A DNA stretch of 63,999 nt, filler included, from Basidiobolus ranarum (taxonomy: Eukaryota): NCBI GenBank assembly GCA_040143965.1. It is 20 parts of 20 records of this genome, joined end to end, with 100 filler letters (N's around TTAATTAATTAA, not from the genome) between each part and the next. Parts side by side here need not be neighbours in the genome. Positions count along the whole stretch, not along the records: positions 1 to 3,122 come from JASJQH010002714.1; positions 3,223 to 6,343 come from JASJQH010002715.1; positions 6,444 to 9,562 come from JASJQH010002716.1; positions 9,663 to 12,780 come from JASJQH010002717.1; 16 more parts are not named here. One strand, 5' to 3'. Below are positions 1 to 10,545 of this stretch, one piece after another. The notes under the pieces were generated by a model, which worked only from the letters and a program-made list of their open reading frames with translations, was not told the DNA's origin and searched no databases. Within the stretch, counting starts at the first letter, position 1. Each line of letters opens with the position of its first letter. Position numbers and translations under genes: made by a program.

Positions 1-2542
1 ATAGCACAATCGAAATAAAATTAATCAGTCAATTTATCAGTGAATCAAGTCCCGGAATTGCACTCACCTCAGGAACCAGCCTCAATAATTGGGTCGTAAC
101 GAAACCATATATGTAAGTGATAACCAGTAAGACATTGCACAGGTTCGTATAGAACTGACAATCAAATTGCTACAGGCTGCACATGTCCGAACAAACGCTC
201 TATGACACCTTGTTGTATCACAACTAGTTTGTATAAATACAAACATTTACAACTATCAATAAGGGAATCATCTTAATCCAGCTTTTTGTGACCTAATTGT
301 CAAAAGCTTACATCGAGAGCTCAGTCAGGAGATAACCAAGTAGAAGACCGTCCAATTGATAAGCAGCAGGAACGACAATTGTCTGAGTAGTAACATCCAT
401 GAAAGTTTAAATTGTCAATTGGGAAAGTGTATTTGAGCACAGACAGCTTATCATGCGGGGCAGGGCCTAGTTCCTGAGCACCTCACTTTAAAAGTTCTCT
501 TCTTTTAGGTACCATTGCAAATGTGTATTCTATTCGCATGACTGCTCTACATTATGTTTCTTTACATGTCAACTGTACTAACATAACACGCATTTTTATT
601 GCAAAGTATGTCCTGGAACTACCTACTCTATACTTGGCTACTTTGAATAATGATTAAACAGATACTTCGCTTATGAGAGGTATAAGTGGGAATAAAAAGC
701 AATAATCCAGGATTAGGACGAAAAATATAAGCAGATGTCAACGATCATGTTGACCTGCTTCCTTTCTTGATAAGAAAAGGCCAGATAACCAAATGTAGTA
801 TATCCTGGAGCACCGAATCGGATCGTTTGTCAGCCAAATAATCTAACCTTCACAACATGCTTGAGTCGGAATTTCAGGCTCAATCAAACAATTAAAAAAG
901 GGATTACTTCAATGCAGAATTATTCCATTTAGATATAGTTACTTACGGATCACGCGAGAAAATTAAGGGATTGATTTTGAATAATGAGTTGACCAAAATT
1001 ATGCACAATAGAGTGGGTATCTGTATATTACTGGCCGGGAAAGAGGATCGATTGAATATTCAGCTTAAAAGGTGGGATGGATTCTTTCGAGAAACTGTAT
1101 TTGTATTAGCAGTTAACTGTAAATTAGTATGAATGGCTTACACACAATCATCAGTATTAACTCTTATTTCTACCAACTCCATCCTTCACTTGAATGTATG
1201 GAAAATCAACGCCATGTGATAAGAACTACCCAAAATAATGAAGCTCCACATTCTCACCCTCACCCTAGTTACCAGAATTGCATCAGCCTAATTTGTTGTA
1301 ATCAGGGAGATATAACTTCCACCGATCGATCTCACTAATCCGGAATTCTCTATCTGGCATAGAGAATGTAATCCTTAGATTCTCCAAAGAAGTAAATTTA
1401 GATAACTACTAGTTGAAATTAGGGTTGTGGAAAGGAGCCCCAATAGAGGGTTCTGAAGTGTTCAAATAAAAAGAGTGATTACCGTTATAAAAAATTGTGA
1501 GGTTTACTAATAGCTATTGATGTGATAATATTTCAGTATCAAATAGACACAATATTGAATGTATTTTATTTGTCAGTTACAATGCTACTGTGATTGGGTT
1601 CATCGAATTTAGATGGTTCGTTTGTATTTGTAGCTAAGAGGTGATTAGACATACTTAGTATGCTAACTAACCGATATTTATGGCAGCATGCACTAAAGCT
1701 ATCCAATGAGGAAGCAGCAGGAACTTTCAACATTCTTTACTCACTCAAGATATCCATCATCAACTATGAAAGAAAATCCTTCAAAAAGTAAACACCATCA
1801 ACTATATATGGTTGAAGTTAAGAAGCCCATAGTAGAATTCTATAAAGCAATTCTCCTCTGTAAATGATCGAACTAGACTTAAAGGCCTTTACAAAACGTC
1901 AACTTTAAGTGCCAAGCTGTTCTGCTATTACTGGCCGATTGTTTCCAATTGGTTCGTGCTGAGCTATCGGGCAGAAAGATATGGCTACGCGTTAAAACTC
2001 TTCCATGCTCAATTCAAAAAAAATTTCTACCTGATTCTATCAATACCAATGATTTGATAGAACCGTTGCTAGATTCAATGTCAATTTAAAGGAAGCAACA
2101 AAATGGGGGGCAAAAGGACTGGGAATTAGTGAATTAACTCGCGTAGAGATTCTCTTTAGCAGCAACCAAAATATAGTTACAACATCAACAGCGAGCTTGA
2201 GATTGTCATGTCTGTGATAACATATCACTATGAAACCCACGTTTTCTAACCTCTAAATGAGACCGGAACAATAACGCTCTTTTGTAAGACTCAATTTAAT
2301 GCTATGAATTGTTATCATATTATATAAAGGAAGCATATTACTTCTCTAATAGTTTTCTACTACCATTCACTTTAATATCTGTACTTATTCCATTGCATGT
2401 GAGGGTTAGTCAGTCGGAACCAGTTCAATAAGTATCATACACTTGGAATGATTATATCTCGAGATTACAAATCGCACTCAAGGAGTCAGACTCCACTCAT
2501 ACATATACAAACACTTGATTGACCAGGAGAGAATTATCCAAC

Positions 2543-3122
2543 TCATTCTAGTCGAGCACATCCTCCAGGTAAAAGATATTTTAGGCGGTTGGCATTTAGT
2601 AACAGATAGTCAGGTACGTCAATGAACAAAAATGTTGTATCTATGGACCCCCATCGTAGAAGCAAATCCTTGAAAGTAAAGACTTCAGGAAGAAAGTCAA
2701 AGATATTCTCTCCAGAACATATCTTATGACGTATCACTTCATCATCCATCAAACGCATATTCGTAACACGATCAGCATGTGAATAAGCCAACATCTTGAA
2801 CTGGAAATCCTCAATTTTCGGAAAACAAAAGGTGCAATGCCAGCCAGCATCAGCAAGTATCTTATCAGTTTGACGCTCGTGGGTATACGTAGTAGAGCCT
2901 GGCTTATACAATTGGACACTTGCTCGCCACGAGTCCATGCCGGAATAATATTCAAACGAGTATACAAATTCACGCAGTTCTAGATGAATTATATCTCCCC
3001 ATCCATGGCAAGTTCGTAGTAATCGAATTGTATCTCGTCTGGTATTTCGTCCACATCACTCATAATGATTAGATCTCCAGCGGCAATTTTTTCTTCCTCC
3101 ATGTAGTCTATAATTGATTGAC
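2543..3122 (-). CDS. Glycosyltransferase family 17 (MGAT3/GnT-III-like beta-1,4-N-acetylglucosaminyltransferase), 5'-truncated, with a 1-nt frameshift
   Basis: Family motifs GDLIIMSDVDEIP (upstream frame), then DTIRLLRTC, HLELREFVYSFEY, DSWRASV, ILADAGWHCTFCF, FQFKMLAYSHADRV and KYLLPGGC. The frame shifts at about 3041, right after DVDEIP. Confidence 0.88.
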
Positions 3123-3222
3123 NNNNNNNNNNNNNNNNNNNNNNNNNNNNNNNNNNNNNNNNNNNNTTAATTAATTAANNNNNNNNNNNNNNNNNNNNNN
3201 NNNNNNNNNNNNNNNNNNNNNN
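3123..3222. other. Artificial contig-joining spacer N44-TTAATTAATTAA-N44 (first of 19)
   Basis: Identical 100-nt spacers start at 3123, 6344, 9563, 12781, 15998, 19213, 22428, 25641, 28853, 32063, 35272, 38478, 41684, 44889, 48092, 51292, 54491, 57690 and 60888. The 12-mer puts stops in all six frames. Intervening segment lengths never increase (3121 down to 3098 nt). Confidence 0.98.
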
Positions 3223-3420
3223 ACTATGAATAAAGCTTTCATTATCTTTTGAATGTGTAATAATGTCTAAAAGTACTTTTCTTAAACATACCACATGAGT
3301 AAAATATACTGTTTCCAAAATGGTAAATAACATTGTGCCGGATAGTGCCCAATCATGCCAATTTGTGCTGGCACACTTTTTAGCTGGCCTGATCTGGCTC
3401 AATAAAATGGAACAAGTCTA
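3223..3420 (+). mobile_element. 3' end of DDE_Tnp_4-type DNA transposon, with TIR
   Basis: Reverse-complement match to 57142-57340. Ends in AATGGAACAAGTCTA (3406-3420), the reverse complement of TIR TAGACTTGTTCCATT. Confidence 0.8.
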
Positions 3421-5470
3421 ATATAAAAAGATCCCTAATTCTGTTTGAAAGCAATAAAGTCTAACATCACAGATATATATGGTAGTGTTACATATCATGT
3501 TAAAACAGATTCTTCCTGATTCAAAACCTACTTTGGTATGGGAAACCATCACTTCCAAAATTTTGTGCACAAAGTCAAACAAAGGTTTGGGTGTTGCAAA
3601 GCAGCACATACCTAATGATTTTACAGATGGCCAGCTATCTGCTATGAGTTCTTGCTTGGATATATGAGAGTTATCAATAAACTTGACAGAAACTGGGGAA
3701 GAAGGCATTAGACAGAAGTGGAAGCAACTTTTGACTCTGCTTTGGAGTGAATACTACAGCTGCATGCCTTCAGAAGTCTGCAAGAAAATATACAATAAAA
3801 ATCATGAGGATAGAAAGCATGATGTGAACCAGAGGAATTTCAATCTTGAGTCTGCAAAGACACAATACAAATTGTATTTTTGCCTGTATGGACTGGAAGC
3901 AACCGTTGCAGCATAAACTTTAGAGACAAAAGATGCTCTAAATAGATATCTACCACTACTCAATGAGGCTTTGTAGCAACTGCTGATGGAGGTTGCAGAG
4001 TTCAAAACAACATTTCAGGACACTATGGCAAGAGTAATTAATGGAGGTGTAAAAAGAAAAGCAAGATAATTTATTGAATCTGAAGATATTGCAAAAGGCA
4101 AATTGAAGCAGTCTAGACCATGGCAGAGATATACTGGATCACTCCAAATCAAAGAAACTCTTGACTAGGTATCTATTCAGAAGAAGAATCTACACAACTC
4201 CCAACTAGTATTGAGGTTACATCTCCAACAAGGGCAAGAGCCCAACAAGTTGGTTCATCAGCTAGTAGTATACATCAACAGCAATGCTAGCTTGGAAGAG
4301 TCTGTGTTATTTATCCTGTTTTTGATGAAGAGCAAGAAGTCAATGAAGAACCAGAAGGTGAACAGCCTGCATTCTCATGCATCATAGCACCTGATTTACA
4401 CGATTCAACCAAACCAACCTGTGAGCTTTTTTACATCTGGAGAAGAGTCAGCTCCAGGGAGCATGCAACCAGAAAGACATACCAGTTTAACGTGTACTAC
4501 CACACTACAGCAACAAAGGAAAATCGCAAGAATTATTGAACCTTCCACTTTATTGGATGAAAATCTGACACCTGAGAGTGATCTACAAAGATAGCAATCC
4601 ATTACAATGTGTACCTTCATGAGACCAAGACAATGGGTTTTGAAAGAGATAGTGAAGCTTTTACTGAGCTTGAAGAAGCCACAACAGGCAAACACAAACC
4701 TCAAGGTAGACAATATGCTCCAAAGCATTCCGCCATGCAACAGAGGTCACAGTGGCCAGTCAAAAGAGATGAAGCTTATACCATGGTTGAAGAGGCAGAA
4801 ACTGCCACATGTGAATCTCAAGGTATATGACTCACTCCAACACATACTCAAATGCAACCACTGCAATGGCCAGTCTTAAGAGATGAAGCTTCCGCTGCGG
4901 TTGAAGAAGCAATAACCACCCAGCACAATTCACAAGGTAGACAACTTGCTCCAACATGTACTGCCATGCAACCGTGGCCATGGCCAGTTGAAAGAGATGA
5001 AGCTTCTACCATGGTTGAACAGGCAAGCACTGCCAAACACCAACCTCAAGGTACACAACTTGTTCCAACACATACTACCATGCAACCACGCTCAAGGCCA
5101 GTCAAAAGAGATGAAGATTCCACTGAGGTTGAAGAAGCAATAACTGTCAAGCACAAATCTCAAGTGAGACATTCCGGGTTGATGCGTAGAGCTGTGTGCT
5201 AGCAGCAATGGCTGGTTAAACCAATCAGTGAAGGCTCCACATCTGAAGAAGACACTGTAGATACAAACAAACCAAAAACTAGACCAAATGAGCCAACGCA
5301 TATCATAGCACACTGACCTCAAGCCACAACTCATGCTGGCTGAGGTAGAAGAACTTCAGCAGGATCAAACTAACCAGCTCAGTGCAGAGGTTGAAGCAAA
5401 GTTCCTTCCGTGAAATATCAAGAAGACAACAAAAGTAACTGAAGCAAATCAGCATGTACTGCTTCCAATC
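3421..5470 (+). pseudogene. Long decayed ORF of an unclassified repeat element
   Basis: ORF-track pieces 3479-3667 and 3683-3916 are in the same frame, separated by a single stop. Coding-like sequence continues into the 114-bp repeat array. The region is CpG-poor. I recognise no domain. Confidence 0.45.
4647..5165 (+). repeat. 114-bp (38-aa) in-frame tandem repeat, about 4.5 copies
   Basis: GAGATGAAG recurs at 4766, 4880, 4994 and 5108 (exact 114-nt period), with a more diverged unit at 4647. Unit peptide is approximately RDEASTMVEEAxTxKHxPQGRQLAPTHTAMQPxxWPVK. Confidence 0.9.
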
Positions 5471-5754
5471 TAGGCAACTGCTGAATACTCCAGTTAATAC
5501 CTACATTATCCTGTCTTTACTGTTTAGTGCATCATGCAAAATTGATATGGATTTCAGTTAAATATAGCATCACTCACTTTAGTTGGATAATGGTTGCTTA
5601 TGTCTTTATGAAACACCAATAGCATGAAATTGTCATATATCAAAATAATTAATGAGAACTTATCAATACAAGCGATTTCACTACAGTTGAATGAAAAATA
5701 TCTGTCAATAAAAAGCCTGCGCAGCCATATGGCTCAATCCAGTCACATTCTCAC

Positions 5755-6310
5755 CCAATTAGAGGCTTACATGATTGAATTAATAATTTGCTAATCTGAA
5801 ATTGATGAATCAAGCAAGCCTGATCACTACCCTCATACTGCAGATAGATCCAGCATAAAGTGTGGTGTGTTGTCACTGGTGTGCCAAAACTACTGCTGTT
5901 TCATAATGCAGGAGCTGTTGGGCCCAAGTAAAAATCAGGATACTGTGTTATGAAGGACAAATGATTGGCCTAAAAACATGTGAATGTCTTGTTTATACAT
6001 TTGATTGGGTAGGTTACAGTAAAAAGTTTGTTTATTGTTACACATTAAGTAATTAATGAGTTACAAACTAGGGGATGAACTTGCTTTGTCAGTTACCAAA
6101 AATCTAAATTTGGCAACACTAAATGGGGCAACTTGGTACAGCTGGCACAATATCTCCAATAAAAGCATTGTGTCTGAATGTGGTGGGATAGTGCCATGTT
6201 GTTCCTTATAGTGTCCAATCAAGTGTTATAGGACCTAGGCATGGTAATTGACAGATCATGCCAGATGGTATGCTAGCAGGCTGGATTGAGTGGCACAATC
6301 TGATCTGGAT
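5755..6310 (-). mobile_element. 5' portion of the DDE_Tnp_4-type transposon (TIR missing in this copy)
   Basis: Reverse-complement homology to 59800-60353, with repeated GGCAC/GTGCC subterminal motifs. Confidence 0.75.
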
Positions 6311-6443
6311 ATGGTCTGTAAGCCACATAATATGCTGCATGGANNNNNNNNNNNNNNNNNNNNNNNNNNNNNNNNNNNNNNNNNNNNTTAATTAATTAAN
6401 NNNNNNNNNNNNNNNNNNNNNNNNNNNNNNNNNNNNNNNNNNN

Positions 6444-6789
6444 CTGACTTTCAACATTCCCCCTCAAGCAGGCCTTCCGGATTTAGCACTAACCGGGGCT
6501 CATAACCTGTTGAAATTATTTAAGGAGGAATATTGGTCTGGCCAGGGGTTGCGCCTGGGGCCTCCTTCACTCTAGCAAGGTGCTCTAACTACTGAGCTAC
6601 CAGTCCTTGTATGCTATGCCTATATTGCTAGGGAACCTTAACCTAGTCTGTCAATGTATGGTACTTTGGCATTTTAGCTTTACAAGCAACTGATTGGCCT
6701 AAGACTTTATGTTCAGATGCAGTCACCATACTCCATATTTTCCACTTTGGGAATTGCTGCTTGTACCACAAGTCACCAGACTTTCAACA
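6444..6789 (-). mobile_element. TRIM (miniature non-autonomous LTR retrotransposon) with a tRNA-like sequence in its LTR
   Basis: On the minus strand: LTR 6789-6508 (TGTTGAAAGTCTG...TTTCAACA, 282 bp), PBS GGTTATGAGCCC (6507-6496), 51-bp internal domain ending in PPT TTGAGGGGGAA (6467-6457), then a second LTR starting TGTTGAAAGTCAG (6456-6444), cut by the contig end. Confidence 0.88.
6534..6606 (-). tRNA. tRNA-like (pseudo-tRNA) cloverleaf inside the TRIM LTR
   Basis: GGACTGG TA GCTC AGTAGTTA GAGC A CCTTG CTAGAGT GAAGG AGGCC CCAGG CGCAACC CCTGG CCAGACC A: 73 nt with canonical spacing and perfect D and T stems. The T-loop is degenerate here but reads GGTTCAAATCC in the copy at about 45026-45040. 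The anticodon arm is imperfect. Confidence 0.75.
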
Positions 6790-6860
6790 TGCACAACTCA
6801 CAAAACTCTTAGGATATTGCAGTTATAGTTGCAACTTACACCCTAAAACAACTACAGCAT
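6790..6860. repeat. Fragment of a dispersed repeat, also at about 51580-51650
   Basis: Both sites share ATATTGCAGTTATAGTTGC..CTTACACCCTAAAACAACTACA. Confidence 0.65.
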
Positions 6861-9420
6861 ATAATAAACTACCCATCATGGACTGATAAGGGAACTCCTG
6901 GCTTTGATTTGACTTAATTTGGGCCTAATCAGATGAAATTGGCATGGCTACAGGCTTGCTGTTCTCCATCTTGAAGTGCTTCAGGATGTCTGGGATGTAT
7001 CTACACTGATTCAGCATCAATTGCTGATTGGGCCCATCTCTCTTGATTTCAATTCTAAAGACAAAGCTTAATTCATCTGAAATTGGCTTCATAAGCTTCT
7101 TTTTGTCTGATCTGTATTTCTAGATCAATTGAGGCCATGATCAAGTCATTTGTATATAGCACAATGCTAAGTATCTTAATTCTGGTTGTTTAGTTATCAA
7201 TACCTTAAACTGCTGTGCATTTTTGGAATCCAGTGATTCCATATAAGTATCGATCTTGTTGTACCATGCCCTTGGTACTTGCTAGAGTTCATACATCATT
7301 TCCAACAGTTTAAAGACCATATTAGAGTTTTTTTGGTAAACAAATTCATCTCATTGCTCTGTAGAGAAGTCTTCTTCTAGAGTACCACTGAGGGAGGTTG
7401 TTTTTATATCCATTCAATGTATATCAAGGTTATGAATGGTTGAGAGTGCCAGGATTGATGTAATGGAGCTACATTGAGCTGCTGGAACAAAGGATTCATT
7501 AAAATCAAATTCTGGAGTTGGGGAATAACCATTTGCAAATGCTCTTGCTCTGTACCCTTCTATGGCTCTCCATATGCTTGGTTTCTGACTTTGCTGGCCC
7601 ATTTGCAACCTATTGGAGTTCTCCCTCATGGTTGAGAACCTGAAACCTATATTTTATTGTCCTAAAGTCAAGAAATCTTGCAAGACATTGCTTTTTTAAA
7701 TGATTTTTATTCTAGATACTCTGAGGGTTGATGTAAAGTCTGAAGCTCATTTGAGAATGCTTCATAATCTAAGAAATCATCATTGGCAGAGTTCCACCAA
7801 TTTCCAGGATTTTTTCTGCTTCTGGATGATCTGCTGGTACTTGTACCTTCTTCTGAAGTAATTGGTGTGGAAATTGGTTGAATTGGGCTCAGGTATAGAT
7901 TGTTTCTGTCCCAATTCTTCCCAAATAGTGCCGAATGTGTTTCCTGAATCAGGAACTGTGATGTCAGATGGCAAATCTCCTGTTCTACCCAAACCCACAT
8001 ACCTACACTTATGAACTTTTGATTCTCTGTATTAAGCATTCTGAGGCCTTTGATTTTTTGCAGTAACCAAGAATTATGTATTTCCTACTTTCAAATGCTG
8101 ATTTAGAGCATCTTGAGTGGGAATTAGCAAATATATTTCATAACCAATGATCATGAAAAAATCCATACTTGGTTTTGATACAAATAAAGCCTTAAATGGA
8201 GTAGATTTTTGTAGCAGTCTTGTTAGGCAACTGTTGTTTGTACATATCTTGCTTAGAGCATAAACTAGCAAAGTCTTCAGAACAGGATCATTCTCCATTA
8301 TCACTCCTAAGTACCCTTATTTTTTGTGCTGATTCCTTCTCTACCATTCCTCTGTAGTTCCTGAATGCAGTAAAGGCTTCAGATTTTGATATAAGAATGA
8401 AGCCCTAGTATTTCTGGTATTATCACTAATAAAGTTCACAGCACAACTTTTGCCCCCTGGTGGGATGCTTATTATGGCCTTACAAAGGTCAGAAGGAACC
8501 AAGGCAGAATTCTGACTGTGGTTGACCTTTCCAAAGCCTAAAATAAACTCTCTATGATACTTACTATCGATGTAACTTTCAAATGGATCCAATTTTGTTA
8601 CATTGTTGATTTGGACGCCTGGAACAAGTTGATTTTGGATTATTTCCATCATATTTTGCTCTCCAATGTGGCTCAATCTTCTCTGCCATGGTTGCCAGCT
8701 TATTTCACCAGTTATTACTAAGTTTACATGCTCAAAATGCAATTTGCTGATTTATAACTTGTAAAAGTTTTCAATTTTGATCCCTGTAGCTAGTTTGTAA
8801 TTATTTTGCTCTCTGTCATTTAATTCAGCCTGACTGAACACAAAATATTGACCCCAAGCTGTTGCATTGCTGACTGAGTTGGATATTGCTATTCTTGGTA
8901 CAATGAATAGATCCATCTAGTTTCCAGATGATGTGGCTGAATTTTGGTCTAAAGTGAGCACAACTGTGCCCTTTCCATCTGCATGTGTGCATAGCCTTCT
9001 CCTAAGTAAACTTTCCTTGTCTAGCTGGATGTTAGGCTGGAAAACTAGCCTTTGTTGTTTGACACATGCTGCAAGGTTCTTGAATTCATAAACAAGTCAT
9101 ACTTAGTGGTTACCGAGAGGGAAGAGACATAGATGATCCCTGTCAATACTAATTTGATTCAATTGTTTTAATTTTTGCTTTGTGGCAAAAAAACTTTTTC
9201 TGCAATTTATGATTGAATGGCCCAGCTTCTTATTATACTTGTATATAGTTGATTTCCTAATAAGCACACTATTATTGTAACCTGCTAGAAGCATCAGAGC
9301 TCCAAAAAATGCCTGTTCAGGATTATTTTGCCAAGAATTAAATCTGCCAAATTCCTCATTCAAAATCCTAGTACCAACATATTCCAATATCAATTGCTCT
9401 GATCTTAATTCTAGCATAGT
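6861..9420 (-). mobile_element. Decayed Ty1/Copia gag-pol remnant
   Basis: Fragments of Gag, GAG-pre-integrase (WQRRLSHIG), integrase (SDLC) and RT (YRARAFANGYS..EFDFNESFVPAA) in Copia order, with many stops and frameshifts. Confidence 0.85.
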
Positions 9421-9453
9421 GTAGGGTTCCCAGATTTGTCTGGTATGCTCCTA

Positions 9454-9562
9454 CCCTAACAAAAATAAAATCGATTTGATCCGGATCGGATCCACCCTCC
9501 GAAATAGCAAAACCGTCAGAGAACCGTCACAATATCGTTGGCTTGCATTCTGCCAGGGATTT
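9454..9562 (-). mobile_element. 3' terminus of CMC/EnSpm DNA transposon (CpG-intact copy)
   Basis: CCCTAACAAAAATAAAATCGATTTGATCCGGATCGGATCC matches the copies at 14113, 41506 and 44587. Confidence 0.85.
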
Positions 9563-9662
9563 NNNNNNNNNNNNNNNNNNNNNNNNNNNNNNNNNNNNNN
9601 NNNNNNTTAATTAATTAANNNNNNNNNNNNNNNNNNNNNNNNNNNNNNNNNNNNNNNNNNNN

Positions 9663-10251
9663 TTGAATAGTTTCTATTTGAGAATATTTACACATAAATC
9701 ACATGGATTGTATGCGAGCTTGTAGATGTTCTGAACCTTTTCTCCTAATGCTGAATAATTTCCATTTTATTCAGTACTGGTGCATCCTGATTTATCAAAA
9801 TTGAATTTATCCTCTTCCGAGGTTGCCTTGCATACAGATAAAACTTTTTTGGCAAATCTAGAACAAGAAGAATGAACTGAAAAGTATACACTTTCTCTTT
9901 GGAAGCTCCAGTAAATGGATGTTATATTTCCCATTTCAATGGCATCCAATGTATGGTCATATCGCAGGAGGATCTTTCCAACAAGGATTTCTTCATAACT
10001 CATATATCATGCTTTTCATTTGTGACATGCTGAGATGTTCCTGAATCAATACACCATTTTGGGGAATATTTGTTGTTAGTCACAGATAGTGCAGACATGA
10101 ACAAATAATAATCTGTTATAACTTTATTTCCAGATTCAGTGTGTTTTTTTTGCAGTTGGTTTAAAGGAATCTTTGTTTAAATGGCCAGATCTTTTACAGT
10201 AGTCACAGAATGTGTTACTTTTCATCTCAAAGTGCTTTTGACCTCCATAGA
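9663..10251 (-). mobile_element. Copia gag zinc-knuckle/protease remnant
   Basis: CDYCKRSGHLNKDSF zinc knuckle and WCIDSGTSQHV protease motif. Homologous to 12881-13080 and 36050-36660. Confidence 0.8.
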
Positions 10252-10545
10252 TGATAAAAGCATTTAGGGGATTTAGAAGTAACTTGGACAAGATATGGGT
10301 TTGTAAATTAGGCATTAAAGTTGTATTGAATTGAATGTGCACTATTTACAGTTTACTAGGAAATAGGACTCTTAGATGTGCTTAGATCATAACAAATGTG
10401 CCTGTTAAGAATGGGTGAATATGGGAGGTGATTTGGAGAAGTTGTGAGAAAATATTGAAAATTGGTGAAAGTGATCATATTGATATTTCTATCATTTAGA
10501 GCAATAAACACATGTTTTTCAATGACAGAATCATGCTAAATAATT
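10252..10545 (-). mobile_element. Partial Copia LTR, family B
   Basis: Reverse-complement match to 11270-11559. Confidence 0.8.

Noticed and set aside
1-312. Possible LTR 3' part (TATAAATA, ends TTACA)
   Set aside because: No second copy, PBS or TSD in the window to support it.
3167-3178. Regularly spaced TTAATTAATTAA as a CRISPR-like or biological repeat
   Set aside because: Always embedded in N44 padding. It is a six-frame-stop linker.
6534-6606. Functional tRNA-Ser(AGA) or amber suppressor (CTA in the loop)
   Set aside because: Short variable arm, mismatched anticodon stem, CTA is not at positions 34-36, and it lies inside an LTR.
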